DNA of 61,837 nucleotides, counting the filler, from Vannella sp. (taxonomy: Eukaryota): the NCBI GenBank assembly GCA_023345925.1. It is 7 parts of 7 records of this genome, joined end to end, with 100 filler letters (N's around TTAATTAATTAA, not from the genome) between each part and the next. Parts side by side here need not be neighbours in the genome. Positions count along the whole stretch, not along the records: positions 15,698 to 25,443 come from JAJQQN010001228.1; positions 25,544 to 31,006 come from JAJQQN010000088.1; positions 31,107 to 36,909 come from JAJQQN010000168.1; 4 more parts are not named here. One strand, written 5' to 3'. The notes beneath the pieces are model-generated. The model ran no database searches. It worked only from the letters and a program-made list of their open reading frames with translations, and was not told where the DNA came from. Positions 23,211 through 35,591 of the stretch are shown piece by piece. The stretch's first letter is position 1. The number at the start of each line of letters is the position of its first letter. The position numbers and the translations under genes are program-made.

Positions 23211-25443
23211 TTACAGCACTGGAAGAGTCAACACAGCGGGGAAGTATTGGCGACTGGAAGTGTTTCGTATCAAAACAGTTCCAAAGTCCTCGTCCCGAAG
23301 ATCTGTGTTCTTTCTGAGGAGATAAAGACCTGAAAAAGAGCAAGTGGCTATTGCAGCACCTTGACCTGTAGTATAAGTATGTCCACCAGAAGTGACATAG
23401 CCCAGAACTTTGCGAGTTGTTCGTTCGAGATCAAATTCTTCTCCCAAAAGGGGCCTGCTCGTCACATCCTTTCGAAGGGGTTCAATAGTGAGCTCTACTG
23501 AACCTTTAGATACTTTGACAGCTTCCAAATCTTGGTCTGTTGGGAAACAGACCATTCCAGACACTTTTGGTGTCCCACGACAAACTGAAGTCAGTCTGAC
23601 AGTGACCAAACTGTGCCATGCGAATGAAGGAATTGAACTTTGGTCATCACAGTACAGCCACTGGGCAATTAATTGAGGGCTTTGACGAAGGATCAATGGT
23701 TCCTTTGGACCTTTGCCCTCAGAAAGCGTGATGATTGGAGGCAGAGAACTCCAGTAGGATGTTAACCGAGTCCAAGATATCTTCCAGGGAAATGGTGAGT
23801 TCAGTTTTGCGTAATTCACTCTCTTGCTGGGAGGTTTTCGCTCAAATACTGAGAGTTCTTGGGAAGCAGTGTAGGAGGCCCATTCTTGACCTGCTGTGGT
23901 ATCCACAAAGTCTCTTGGAAATGAAAGAATGCCAGATTCTAATTCTAGGCTCGTTCTGCTGTTCAACCCCATGACTCGGGCACCAGCAAAGACCAAACTC
24001 CTCCAAAACTTCATTCCACAATGACGAGGGACTATCACATCCCAGCCACTTCCAATCCCTAAGTTTGTTTCCTCAGTCCTATCCATTGAAACGTTGTAGT
24101 GTCGATCTCCTCCCGGGCGCTGGACAAGTATTATCGGTATGTTGCAAGTGACTTGGCTAGAAGGATCAAACTCGTACTTCCAAAGACCGCTAGAGTAGAC
24201 CGAGGCTTCGTTTTGCCAGTCAGCTAGTAAGTCAGCCGTATTGTGAAGGTCTCCAACAGATAATTTGGGGTATTGAGAGAGGATAAGCTTTGCTGCAGGA
24301 GGGGGAAAGCTTTTTTGAGGGTCTTCAACCTCCAATCCAATTATAACCCGAGATGGAAGCTCCGCAGGGCTCCGGACACGAGCAATTCGGGCCCAGGTCC
24401 GAGATGAGAGGGCTGATTCATCCGAAGGACGAAGTATTGTGTGCAAAAGAGTGGTAGATCGAGGTCCTGTGAGCTCATAGCGGACATAAGAACCTCTCTT
24501 GTCTTCTATCTGAAGCGAAAGGAGGTCCTCTGACGCACTAACATCCCCTTTCATTGCTTGAATCGCCTCAGTGACACTTAAGTAGATCGCTGGGTGGACC
24601 CAAAGGTACGCAGTGGACTCTCCCTGATCTCCAGACCCTTCGTTAGTCCATATCAATGAAGCTGGACCAATGAGGTGTCGCGGAGTGTCCCCAGAACGGT
24701 ACAAGAGGACTTGATGCTCTCGGCTGGGATCAGTCACGTCTCTTGGCGACTCAGAAAGCAGTTCAAGGAGCCTACTGATCGATTGAGAGGTCCCTCGAAG
24801 CACTATTGGCTCACAATAGGACCGATCGTGGAGCGTGACGACGTACGCGCTGTTCTTGTACGAGGCGCGGGTCCCTTTGTCTGTCATTCTCATCGGCTAG
24901 AAGCAAAACACCCATTCAGGCACCGCATAAGTGCCCACAACCTTTCTACGTACCACGTAGAACCCCCAGTGAGGCTCTAAATGCATGCGCTTGCGTGACC
25001 AGAGGTGGGTCTCGAGCCAACGGAGTCCTGTACTCTTCTGTCGACGAAGGTAGTCCACTCTAAGGAACTTGGGACGTCTCTTGTGTCTTCTATGAGGCTT
25101 TCTGGCCTCTCGGTCAGCGATAGCGGCCTCTACAGCGCCGGTAGTGCCCGCCGCCTTCTCAACTTCCATCCGAGCGCGGTCTCGCAGTCGAAAGGGGATT
25201 CGGCGGAGGTTCCAAGAGGCTGATCGACGACGTAGATGGCGAGGGAGAGTCTGAAACATGCGCCTGCCTTTGGTATCCACGAACCCGCGACCTTTCAACG
25301 GCAGCAAGTTCGGACGCCCATCCGGGGTCGGCTGGTTCGCCACCAGAGCGGCCTGTAGATGAAGGATCTCTTCCTTGTGATGCGCTACAAACTCAGCTAC
25401 CGGAATCGACGCAGGAGTGGCCTTCTTCGCCCTTATCTCGGTA
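23211..25443 (-). CDS. POP1: RNase P/MRP subunit POP1, 5'-truncated at the contig edge
   Basis: N-terminal motifs RMFQTLPRHLRRRSASWNLRRIP and WLETHLWSRKRM; POPLD region GSGWDVIVP...FWRSLVFAGARVMGL; C-terminal LGYVTSG...G.G and VLIRNTSSRQY. One intron at ~24898-24953. Confidence 0.93.
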
Positions 25444-25543
25444 NNNNNNNNNNNNNNNNNNNNNNNNNNNNNNNNNNNNNNNNNNNNTTAATTAATTAAN
25501 NNNNNNNNNNNNNNNNNNNNNNNNNNNNNNNNNNNNNNNNNNN
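25444..25543. other. Artificial contig linker
   Basis: N44-TTAATTAATTAA-N44. Confidence 0.99.
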
Positions 25544-25611
25544 CTCTTAAGAACTCAATGGCAATGGTTTATGCTAATCTAGATCAATGGGACTCCTGAA
25601 GAACATTCCTT

Positions 25612-26078
25612 TTAGTGTTCATCCAAGAACAGACTCGTAGGACTCCCGTCGACTTCGTAGAACAAGAATAGGAGGCCGAACACAACAAAAAGGAATATCA
25701 CTGGTAGAACCACAACAGCTGATATGGCCACAATAATCTTACCATTTCCTTTTTGAGCCTCGGAGATTGATGGAGTCGGGGAGCTTGAAGGAGAGGACAA
25801 GGAAGGTGTCACAGAGGTGGAAGATGATGGAGGCCTGTACGAAGGAGCCGGGAAATCAGAAGCACAATCTCGAGTACATGGCTAAGGCTACGGATTAGTA
25901 CATCAATCAGACTCTCTGGCGTCCTTACTCTTCCTGTTGAACAAGAACAATCGCCATTAATCACAGTTATGTGGCCGATACAGCAACAATAAGTTACCCA
26001 ATTTTGGGAAGTGCAGATCCCTTCGGCAGTGCCCGCGAGAATCACCAGAATGAAAGCCAGGAACACCGATGTGGACAT
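25612..26078 (-). CDS. Small (139 aa) type I membrane protein: signal peptide, 8-Cys ectodomain, Ser/Pro stalk, TM helix, short tail
   Basis: Removing intron 25882-25928 (GTAAGG...CTAAT...TAG) joins ORFs 25809..26084 and 25612..25812 in frame: MSTSVFLAFILVILAGTAEG-ICTSQNWVTYCCCIGHITVINGDCSCSTGRPCTRDC-S/P stalk-IIVAISAVVVLPVIFLFVVFGLLFLFY. Confidence 0.75.
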
Positions 26079-26541
26079 CCTCAAAGATAAGGCAAAGAAT
26101 GACGGAATATCGAGACCCGGAAATGCTGATTCTGGTTCCTTTCAGAGGGGAAAGTTGGGGGAAGTATAGAATACCCCAACTCTTCCCTTTGGAGGTTGTT
26201 TTCCTGCCCTTGTGAAGCGCCTTACTTTCGGAATTCAGTCCAGGGAGAAGTTCTCAAAACGGACAACGTTCCCAGGACAGGTCATTCGCATTCCAAAGTC
26301 GCCCGATTCACGTTTGCCGAGACAAATGAGGGTTCAACTGACCTGGATTGTTAAATCCTCTGAAAGAGTCATCCATGATCATTACTGAAGCCTTCCTGTT
26401 CCCTCGATTGCTCCCTTGAGAAGTGACTTGTTGGCAAAACGTGGAACCTGAAAATTATGGGACATTCCTGAACAATCGAACGCTTCATTTCAATTTGTGC
26501 TTTCCGTAGAAGATATCAATTAATGTTTCTTCTGAAGTGTC

Positions 26542-28449
26542 ATGGCTTCATTATTTGGAGTTTCGGTCTCGATGGACGAGCCTTTTGAGGGAGACTTGTT
26601 CCCGCCCCATTCGCCTGAGTTGAAGCGACAGAGAACAATCGAGGTGGAGACTGTGAAGGAACCTCCCGCGCCAATGATTACCAGCCGCCCAGCGGCGCTC
26701 CAACCGGTATTGCTCATCCGAGGGGAGGTTTACGATCCTCTCCTCGAGTACAGACAGGTAACTACTCGCACTCAACTCTCTTTCTTCACTGTTATGATCC
26801 TCATCCTATTGGAAAGGCTAAAACACTGGGGCAACACTACCCAGATCCAATGAAGGCGACTGGCACTCCAATCCAGCTCATCAACAAGGATCAGCCCCTG
26901 GAGATCTTCAAAACGTGTAACATGTCTGATCTGAACAGTGCCAAGCCTTCTTCTTCCGATGCAGCTCCCAGCAACAACCTCAATGACTCGTCTGAGACCC
27001 CTGTTGGTGGCCAGTGGGGCTACGGAGGCTACGTTTGTGGCTTAGCTATGTCTGATGATGGTCTACTACTGGCTGGTGCTTCCATTGTCGGTTGCTGCTT
27101 CATCTGGGACGCGATCGAGTGGGATTTGCTCCAAATGCTCCGAGACCCTTCCGAGAAGGAGATCGAAGAGCTCTATTGCGCGGCCTTCTCTGCTGACTCG
27201 AGACGTGTTCTTACTTGTGGTAAGCTCAAATCGCGCAGCGTGTGGTCAGAGGAGGATGGAGACAACTTTGTTGTGCCTGGAAAGATCAAAGTCTACGACA
27301 CCGTGACTGGACAGGTTCTCCTTCGCATGGAAGGGCATCAAGAAGAGATCCTCAGTCTCCAACGAGTTCAGTTCAAGTCTGATCAGTACTGGCTCTCTTG
27401 CGGACAGGACGGGAGGGTGATTAAGTGGAAGATTGAAGACGACTACCGTTCCTACTCGAAGCAGTACATGGACGACCCTACTGCTCACTACACTTGCGCC
27501 CTGTCCTTGCTCCCTGGGACCGGGAACAAGCTCTTCGCAACTGGAGCCGACGAAGGACTCAAAATCTTCGACTTCGAACGCAATTCCGTACGTCTCTTCC
27601 TTGAAATGGGCGTCTACCATCGTCTAATGCGTTCAGTAGACAGTAGCGTCATTCCCTGACTTGTATGGGTCTTTCTGTGACGTGGTAAAGGCTGTCCAAG
27701 TGCCGGGAATCCCTCTTGAAGAGAACGAGATTCTTCTCATTACTCGGGGTGTGGAACTCATTGATGTGGCCACTGAAGATCGTAAGTGGGCCTTCCTTAT
27801 AACATCTGCTTTGTCTCACAACTAGACAGAGACCCGCCCGAACCGGTGCCACTTGCGAAAACTGACTCTTCCATCTGAAAAGTCTCCCAATTTTCAACTG
27901 ACGACTATCCGAGAGTTCCAGCATCCTCAATATGAGGCTAATACTTGGCTAATGGACTTGGGAGTGAGCTCTCGCTATTTACTTGCCCCAACAACCACTG
28001 GGAAAGTATTTGTTTGGAGTCTTCTGAATGGAGGACTGGTGGCAGTCCTCTGTGCGCATTCTGATGTTATCCGAGACATTGTTTTCCATCCTACCCGCGA
28101 GTATCTTATCACGTGTGGAGACGGTACGCCCCCAAAAGATTGTTTCCTCTCAGTGTCTCACATGGGGAGAATAGATAGTATTGTACAGATCTTTCGGCCA
28201 AAGCCCCGACTAAGGGACCAAGTAGAAGAGCAACCGGAAGAGGAGAGTGAGGAAGAAGAGTCCTTGTCGAAAAGTGAAGAGGAACCGATTCAAAAAGTGG
28301 CTCAAGAAGAATCAGAGAATGTGGCAGCACCTAGTACAGTGGATGCCATTCCGGCTCCAAAACCCCCCGCGGACTCTTCAAGCGAAGAAGTTAGTGGCTC
28401 TGAAGATGGGGAAGCTAGCTCAAGCGAAGGGAGTTCTTACGATGAATAA
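26542..28449 (+). CDS. WD40-repeat protein with acidic C-terminal tail (multi-exon)
   Basis: WD repeats (GCCFIWD, GHQEEILSL...LSCGQDGRVIKW, ATGADEGLKIFD, AHSDVIRDIVFHP...LITCGD) across ORFs 26542, 26850 and 27853, linked by short GT-AG introns. Confidence 0.82.
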
Positions 28450-28470
28450 GACTTCCTGAGTTCTTCTAGT

Positions 28471-30235
28471 TTAAGGGATCCGACCTGACATCTTTGTGAA
28501 TTCAAATCGCATGGCGTGCGCCAACTCCTCCCCTGGATCGTTCTCGATCTAAGCCAGACCATAAGAGTGAGTGCGTTTTGAAGCAATATAATGGATTTGG
28601 TACCTCGTCGAGAATCTTTGTTAGCCGGAACATGCAAAAGCGCAGAAGGACGAAGCGGACTAGTAACTTGGTCACTCCCACGAGCATCATGAATGCGACC
28701 AAAGCTACAATGCCCGAGAAAGTATCCACCGAAGGCATCATCGGGTACAGTAACCGGACAGTCTATCTGAATTAGATAGTCTCCAAGAAATAAATGAAAG
28801 GAACTCACCACACAAGCAAGTGGCAGGGGAATGAAGCCCATCCGCTTCGTCTGAGAGATGAACTTGTCTGTAGGACAATGCCAATTTGCATAAGGGGAGT
28901 TACACAGTGCGTCATAACGCAGATAGGCCAGGAATCGAGGATAGGTCTCATGAGACAAGTTATTGAACTTTGTGACAAAACAGTGCTTGGTCCAGTCAAT
29001 CATTATCTCAACAAAGATAACCAGACCCGCTGTTTTGATCGTATTGACCATCCACGGCCAAGTCAGTGCCCAGGAAAGATCAAACATATTGTGTGTGATG
29101 ATCACGCCCAGCAGGATAACGATATGGAACCTTTCAACCGCATCTAGCCATGAATGAGACCCATATGACCTCCCATTCAGAGGAGAGAAGGCGGAACGCT
29201 ACCATGGCAAGTCAATTGGAAGAGAGTATCTGGCCGGAATCTTTTAAAGACAGAGGCCTTCAGCTCTGCCACGTTATTGGAAACAAGCAGATGCAGAAGA
29301 GTGTGGTTGTTGGAGTTCAACGCCACATTCAGCGATATCAATTGGAAGAAGAGAACAGTTGAATGAATCACTAAAGGGGAGAAGGGAGGTCAAGGAGAAC
29401 CATAAAGCTACGCTAAAGGACGACAAGAGAGAGGGAAGTAAAGGATACAGACATACGCTTGTGCAAAGACAATGTGCAAGAAGATCTTCACATTATCTGA
29501 ACGACTCCCCAAGCGACAGCTGATGTTCGTGTAGAGCGCGTCAAAGATGTCCTGTCCAAAGGAACGGCAAAGCTTATCGAAGATCTACTTGCTGATACTG
29601 AGCGAAGGCGTCCAGGGATGAAGGAAACTGACCTCGAGGATGTTGAAGAGTACCCAAAGTCGAATGGCTTGCTGCTGGCGCACCCAGTGGTAGATATGAG
29701 AGGTATCGAAGTAGAACCATAAGAAAGCTGTCGACAGGACGAAGATCCAGGCTCGCAGGGCCTCAAACAACTGTGCACGAGAGATCCGTAATGATCGGAA
29801 GAGCCATCCGAAGAGTAGCTGCACGATGGCGTACCCTAATCGAACAGGTAGGAATGAAAAGACCCCCAAGAAAGCATCTAGACACACCCAGAACCCAAAG
29901 AAGAGCACCTTCTCGAGATGGATGAGAACATGGACAAAGTTGTACACCTGGCGCAGCTTCGCCATGGGAATGAACTCGTTTGCTTTGCAGTCACCAACGA
30001 ACTCCTCCTGAACAAGCTGCCAGAACGAGGCCTTCTTAAACCGGGTCTTCTCCTTCACGACCTTCTTCTCCTTTGTCGGAGAAGGAGTGGGATCTACTCG
30101 CCCTAGAGGTGACAGAGCAGCCACCTTTGGTGTCATAGCCTTTGGCACAGAGGAACGTCGTGCCAGCAGTGTCAGGGGCTGTTCAGGGAAGCGAAGGTTC
30201 CGTTTCTTCCGCCTCGTGGGCTGCAACACCGGCAT
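28471..30235 (-). CDS. TAPT1: TAPT1/Emp65 (DUF747) ER membrane protein (multi-exon)
   Basis: Motifs VYNF....LEKVLFFGFWVCLDAFL..F.FLP.R, DTSHIYHWVRQQ.AIRLWVLFNILE, LLVSNNVAELKASVFKRF, EIMIDWTKHCFVTKFN, KRMGFIPLPLAC. The spliced end is RFEFTKMSGRIP-TAA (28471). Confidence 0.93.
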
Positions 30236-30315
30236 AGCGAAGAATGGGCACTTCTGTCATGTTCTCTTAGTCAGTAAGCTCATCTACTACACTGGACAGC
30301 GTCATTCGTTGCGTC
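30236..30315. promoter_or_regulatory. Putative 80-bp bidirectional promoter between TAPT1 and GRHPR
   Basis: Divergent start codons at 30235(-) and 30316(+); function inferred from position only. Confidence 0.5.
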
Positions 30316-31006
30316 ATGGCGGAAGAGCGCGTCCCGCGGGTGCTGGTGACCAACCATGTTCCTCCTGTGGCCTTAGAGGAGCTTCGAAAGCATAACTTTG
30401 AGATCGACTATCGTGACGAGGAGACTCCTATGCCGTAGGTGACGCTCGGAGTGGTTCGTATAGAGAGGTTGACGAGATGGCGTAGTCCAGCGGAGCTTTT
30501 GGAGCGTGTTCAGGGGTGTGATGGCGTCCTTTGCACACTGGTTGATCGCTTTGATAAGAAGGTAAGTGTAGTCGGTGGATTCTGTGGGGCGGGAGCTCAT
30601 TGGAAGGAGAAAGATCCTTGAGGGAGCAGGGGAGGTGCTTAAAGTGATCAGTACGATGAGTGTAGGCTACGATCACATCGATATGGAGTACTGTAGAGAT
30701 GATCAGATCGCTGTGGGGTAAGGCACGCCCAGTGGACACTGGTAATAGCTTCATAACAAGGAACCAGCAACACACCGGGGGTGTTAACCAACACAACAGC
30801 GGAGTTAGCGATCGCATTGATGCTAGCCACCACTAGAAGACTGCCAGAAGCAGAGAAGGCTGTTCGGACTGGCGAATGGGGCTCCTGGAGGACCCAGTGG
30901 ATGCTTGGGAGGGACATTGCCCAGTCAGTTGTCGGTGGGTGACTTCGGCTTCGGATATCTTAAGCTCATTCTTACTCTGATAGGTATCGTTGGGTTCGGG
31001 GCGATT
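30316..31006 (+). CDS. GRHPR: Glyoxylate/hydroxypyruvate reductase (D-2-hydroxyacid dehydrogenase), 3'-truncated; missed by the ORF track
   Basis: Spliced translation MAEERVPRVLVT...ELLERVQGCDGVLCTLVDRFD...LKVISTMSVGYDHID...NTPGVLTNTTAELAIALMLATTRRLPEA...GEWGSW...VVGIVGFGAI, with four short introns. Confidence 0.92.
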
Positions 31007-31106
31007 NNNNNNNNNNNNNNNNNNNNNNNNNNNNNNNNNNNNNNNNNNNNTTAATTAATTAANNNNNNNNNNNNNNNNNNNNNNNNNNNNNNNNNNNNNN
31101 NNNNNN
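31007..31106. other. Artificial contig linker
   Basis: N44-TTAATTAATTAA-N44. Confidence 0.99.
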
Positions 31107-34100
31107 TTTCTGTGAGGTGTATGGTGCAGATGTTATTGACTTCGATCCGCTTGTTCAAATGGACGCAGATGAATACTTCAATATGCTCTTTGACAAACTA
31201 GAAACCGCCATGAAGGGCTCCGCACAGGAATCCTTGTTGAACACCAATTTTGCAGGGAAAGTGTGTGGTCAAATCATCAGCCGTGATTGTGGACATGTCA
31301 GCGAACGAACGGAACCCTTCTTCACACTCAGTGTCGCCGTCAAGGGAAAGAGCTCTTTGGAGGAATCTCTCAGCCTCTTTGTCGAAGGAGATCTCCTCGA
31401 AGGCGAGAACAAATACCACTGCGACGTTTGTGATCGTAAAGTGGCAGCCCTCAAGCGAACCTGTGTGGAGGAACTTCCTGACAATCTTATTATCCACATG
31501 AAACGGTTTGAATTTGACCTCGAGGAAATGCGCCGGATTAAAGTGAACGATCTTTGTTCATTCCCCAACGACATCAACCTTGAGCCGTACACGAAAGAGG
31601 GACTTGCTCGCCGCGAAGCTACTTCCTCCACTTCCTCCACTCTCTCCGAGAAGGAGCGCTCTCAAGATTACTATCAATACGAGCTCTCAGGCGTTTTGGT
31701 TCATTCTGGTACAGCTGATTCAGGTCACTACTACTCCTTCATCAAGGACCGCCTTACGAGAAATTGGTTCCAATTCAACGACACACTTGTGGAGCCTTTC
31801 GACCCATCAGACATACCGCGGCAGTGTTTTGGTGGATTTGACATCAACAGCTTCAAAGATAGCAACGGGATGTCACAGAGTCGCCCAAGAGTTAACAACG
31901 CTTACATGCTCTTTTACCAACGCAAGTCGGAAATGCCCAACCAGCATATGCCCCTTTCTGTGCCAGTTCCCAAAAAAATCTATGAGAGCGTTTGGGAGGA
32001 CAATAGGAGGTTCCTCCAAGATGCACAACTCTTTAACAGCGGCTACTTCGCCTTCGCTTGTCAGGTACTGGAACAAGGCGATAGATTTGCGAAAGGCCCT
32101 CTTAACTTGGTTGTTTACGACGAGACCCTGAACGAGCACTGCCCAATGTTCCAATCTATTCGGTTGGCGAGTTATCTCTTGGTGAACGGGCTGTGCCATG
32201 CCAAAGATCGAGATTCATTACCGAAATTGCGTGATCTCCTCATCAGGGGTCTTAACAATCATATGCCTGCCTGTAAGTGGTTCCTTACCCAAGTGGTTCA
32301 GCTAGAGTGGTATCAAATCCTTCTTTGTTGTTCTATCGAACCCACTCAAAAAGCATTCTCTAAGGTGATTTGGGCCGCTCTGAATAATCTCACCCAATGC
32401 GAAAGTGAAAGTATCGACGAAAATGCTTGGAGCTTGGACAACTCCCATCCGCACTTCCAACCCATTCACTTTGCTGATTTGGAGACGGGTGGGTACGAAG
32501 GCTCCGCCTCCCAAGAATGCTTGCAAATGGACATATCTCATGATTCCACGGGCAACGCTCTGCAATCCCCCAGTGCTGATGGTTCCTCCATTGATTGGAC
32601 AGTCTCCAGCAATTCTCCTTCAACCCCAGATGAGTCCTCCATTTCATTGTACTCTGTTAGCTTTGTAGAACATCTCATCAAACTCATCCCCACTCTTGGG
32701 GACTACTGGCGAAACTGTGCTCAGTATTGGTTCATTCTCCGTGATTTTGCAGCTTTGGGTCTTTGGGAGAAACAAACCCTACTCAAACTTAATATCCTCT
32801 CTTCTGCGATTGAGTGGTTCATGGCCGATGAGACAAGTCAATCTCCTGCTGTCCTTATGGCAGTTCTCCCAACCAAACAGCTCTCACAAGTTAACCTGGA
32901 GCCCTTCCTTTCCCTTCTAAGTGAACTAGTAAGCTCTGCGTGCAGAAAGAGCCCAGAGAATCTTCCTCAACTGCGGATATCGCCATCTAATAGGCGCCAT
33001 CTCTCGGAGCCCGGCTTTTACCTCAAAGCGCTTCGTTGTAAGCACGATAACCAGGCTCTCCTTTCCATGATGGGCTGCTTAATCTTTGAGAGCCACTCGG
33101 ATTGCAAACGCCTTATCGAGGCCATCATCGAACGGCTTTACAGCGCAAATATACGGGACGAACTCCCTCGCCTCTTGGACACTTTGAGCAGCATTCTCGC
33201 TGTCCATAACGAACACTTCTCTTTCCGAGTAGCTTTAACTGTCTCCTCGGTACTCAGAGAGTGCCAACAAGAGGACTACCGCTGCCCAGCTGCAACTCCC
33301 TCCATTCTTCATCGCCTCCATGAGTGGGTTCGTCAGATTCCCGAAGCCTCCGCTTGTCTCGCACCTCAGATGAACCAGCGGCTTCTTCCCTCTCTCGTGC
33401 AGGGCACATTCGAAGCCACAAGATGTGCCTACTTCCAAATAGCTACCACTCTTCTCAACCCACCAGTCTCACCCTCATCCCCAGACTGGGATGATCCTAC
33501 CCTATCACCACCCACTCCATCTCCCCTTTCAGACGAAACATCAGACGATAGCTTTGGCAGCCCTCTTGCAGAGATCTCCTCCAAATCAAAGAATCTTAAT
33601 CTCGTCGAGTTTGCCAACCTTGCAGACCGCCGACGAACTACACTCCTTCAGCTCCTCCACTTCCTGAGAGAAGCACATCTCTACATAGTCAGTACAAAAT
33701 CCCGAGCAACGCCTGGACATCTTAATGCAACCACTGACTGGAGACTTTGCGAATACTTCCGGCTACTTCGGTACCTTTCTGACAGCCCTGACCAGATGGA
33801 AATCATCAAGGACTTCCTGCCAAGCTCACTAGAACTGTATATTGCAATGAACGCGCTGCCAACAGGACTTGACGAGAACAAGTATCACCTGGTGCGATGG
33901 TGGCAACAATTATCCACTCTGGGGCTTGATTGGACCCACTATCTGGTTTCCCTCTCTCCTGATCACTGGGATCATCTCTTGTCCCTTCACGTCGTACTAT
34001 CCTGGGGACCTGCTTCACTTGAATTCATCAAACGCATTGAATTCGCGTTTTTGGAAGCCATCCGGGGGGCCTGTAGGCTTTCAGTAGAGTTCCATTTTGT

Positions 34101-35512
34101 GTGTGCAATGCACGATTTCTTTACTTGGGGTGTCACCAACCTCTTCCTTTCGAGCCACACAGCTCTGTCTCCTTTGCACTCGCCCATTTTCAGAATCGTC
34201 TCGTCTTTAATTCAGAAGAGCAACCTTCGCCTTCTCGCTGACCACGATAACGCTGCGTTTAGGGGGAAGTACATTCAAATGATTGTGGAGAATTGCGGGG
34301 AACAGCATGTTCACCGGGGTAATGCTCTCAAACTCCTCCGCCTTCTTATTGTTGATGAAGCCGACATCATCACCCTTTGCAATCATGCGGGACTGGATGC
34401 CCTCTGCAGCCTCCCTGAGCTGAGTGAGCCCCTCACTGAGTACGACAATCGGGCCGCCCTGAAAGATGGCTTTGAGGTTTTGCTTGTGGTCGTCAAGTAT
34501 CTGCTTGAGATGGGCGACAACGAGCGAAAAGAAATCGTTCTTTCCTCTCATTGGGACCATCGTCTTCGCCTACTCTCTGCCGGTCTTTCTGCTCTTCACT
34601 GTGCTGATACAACGGTCTCCGACGTGGCCCAACGGCTCTTTAAGGGGTTGGCTCAGCTGGATCCTGTTATTTGCAAGGGCCTCGTACAAACTCTTCACGA
34701 AGAGCACCAGCACTTTCCACAGGACAAACGTGATGGATCCCAACTCCAGGATGCAGCGCCCTACTTTCGCTTTTTGAGCGTTCTTTGCCGCTCAGCCTTC
34801 AATACTCAAGGGCTGTCCGACAATCTGATCTCCCAGATCGTCAATCTGACCATCTACGGGGCCATGGAGACTATCCACTCGTGCCTAATGTGCCGCCCCT
34901 TTGTGGTCCTCTTACAGCAAGTGTGGGACAACAGCATCGCGAACACCTATCTCCGAGGGAACCTCCTTCTCGACCAATTCGTGGTTCGGGTCTCGCAAGG
35001 GGCCCTCTTTGATGAGCTATTTGTATTCCTCCGGAAAGTCCTGCCAGAGGTAAGCCTATTTGCATCAAGTAGGTCCAATGCAACACAATCCTAATCCTCA
35101 TGAGTAGATACAAGAGCGCCTTTCTGAAGAAGACCGTCTAGAATGGGTGAAGCTGGCCCACGAGGCCCTGCGGAAGTGTATGGATGACATATCAAAGATC
35201 CCTTCGATGATGGAAGCGCCCAACGAATCGAGTTCTCCTACCCAATGTGCGAACGTTCCCGCGAGCGACGTTTCTCTCGTTCGTGTGGCATTAAGGAGCT
35301 GCGGTCCTTTCATCAAATTGGCTTTGCTTTGCTGTCAAGATGGTCTGGCGAGAGACAATTTGGCCACCGTGTCGGCCGACATTCTTACCCTCTGCAACTT
35401 TGTCACTGCGCACTCTACTATTCAGCCTTGTATTGTTCCTGATATGGAGCAGCTCCGCGGGTATTTCGGGCAGCCAGTACCAACGAGCAGTCCCTCCCCG
35501 GATTGTCCATAA
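31107..35512 (+). CDS. Ubiquitin-specific protease of the USP9X/USP24/USP34 type, 5'-truncated (Cys box missing)
   Basis: QMDADEYFNMLFDKLE, LEESL..FV.GD.LEGENKYHC..C..KV, HMKRFEFD...RIKVND...FP, His box YELSGVLVHSGTADSGHYYSFI, WFQFND, NAYMLFY, then a long helical C-terminus. Intron ~35050-35108 joins ORF 35147..35512. Confidence 0.92.
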
Positions 35513-35591
35513 CATAAATGTCCTTTCTTACTCACAGAATGCCCCTTCCCTGTCCTTCCCTGTCCTCCCCTGCCGTGCCAATAGCTCGTCA

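Noticed and set aside
26143..26190. Short imperfect inverted repeat (GGGGAAAGTTGGGG / CCCCAACTCTTCCC)
   Set aside because: Short, mismatched and low complexity; could arise by chance.
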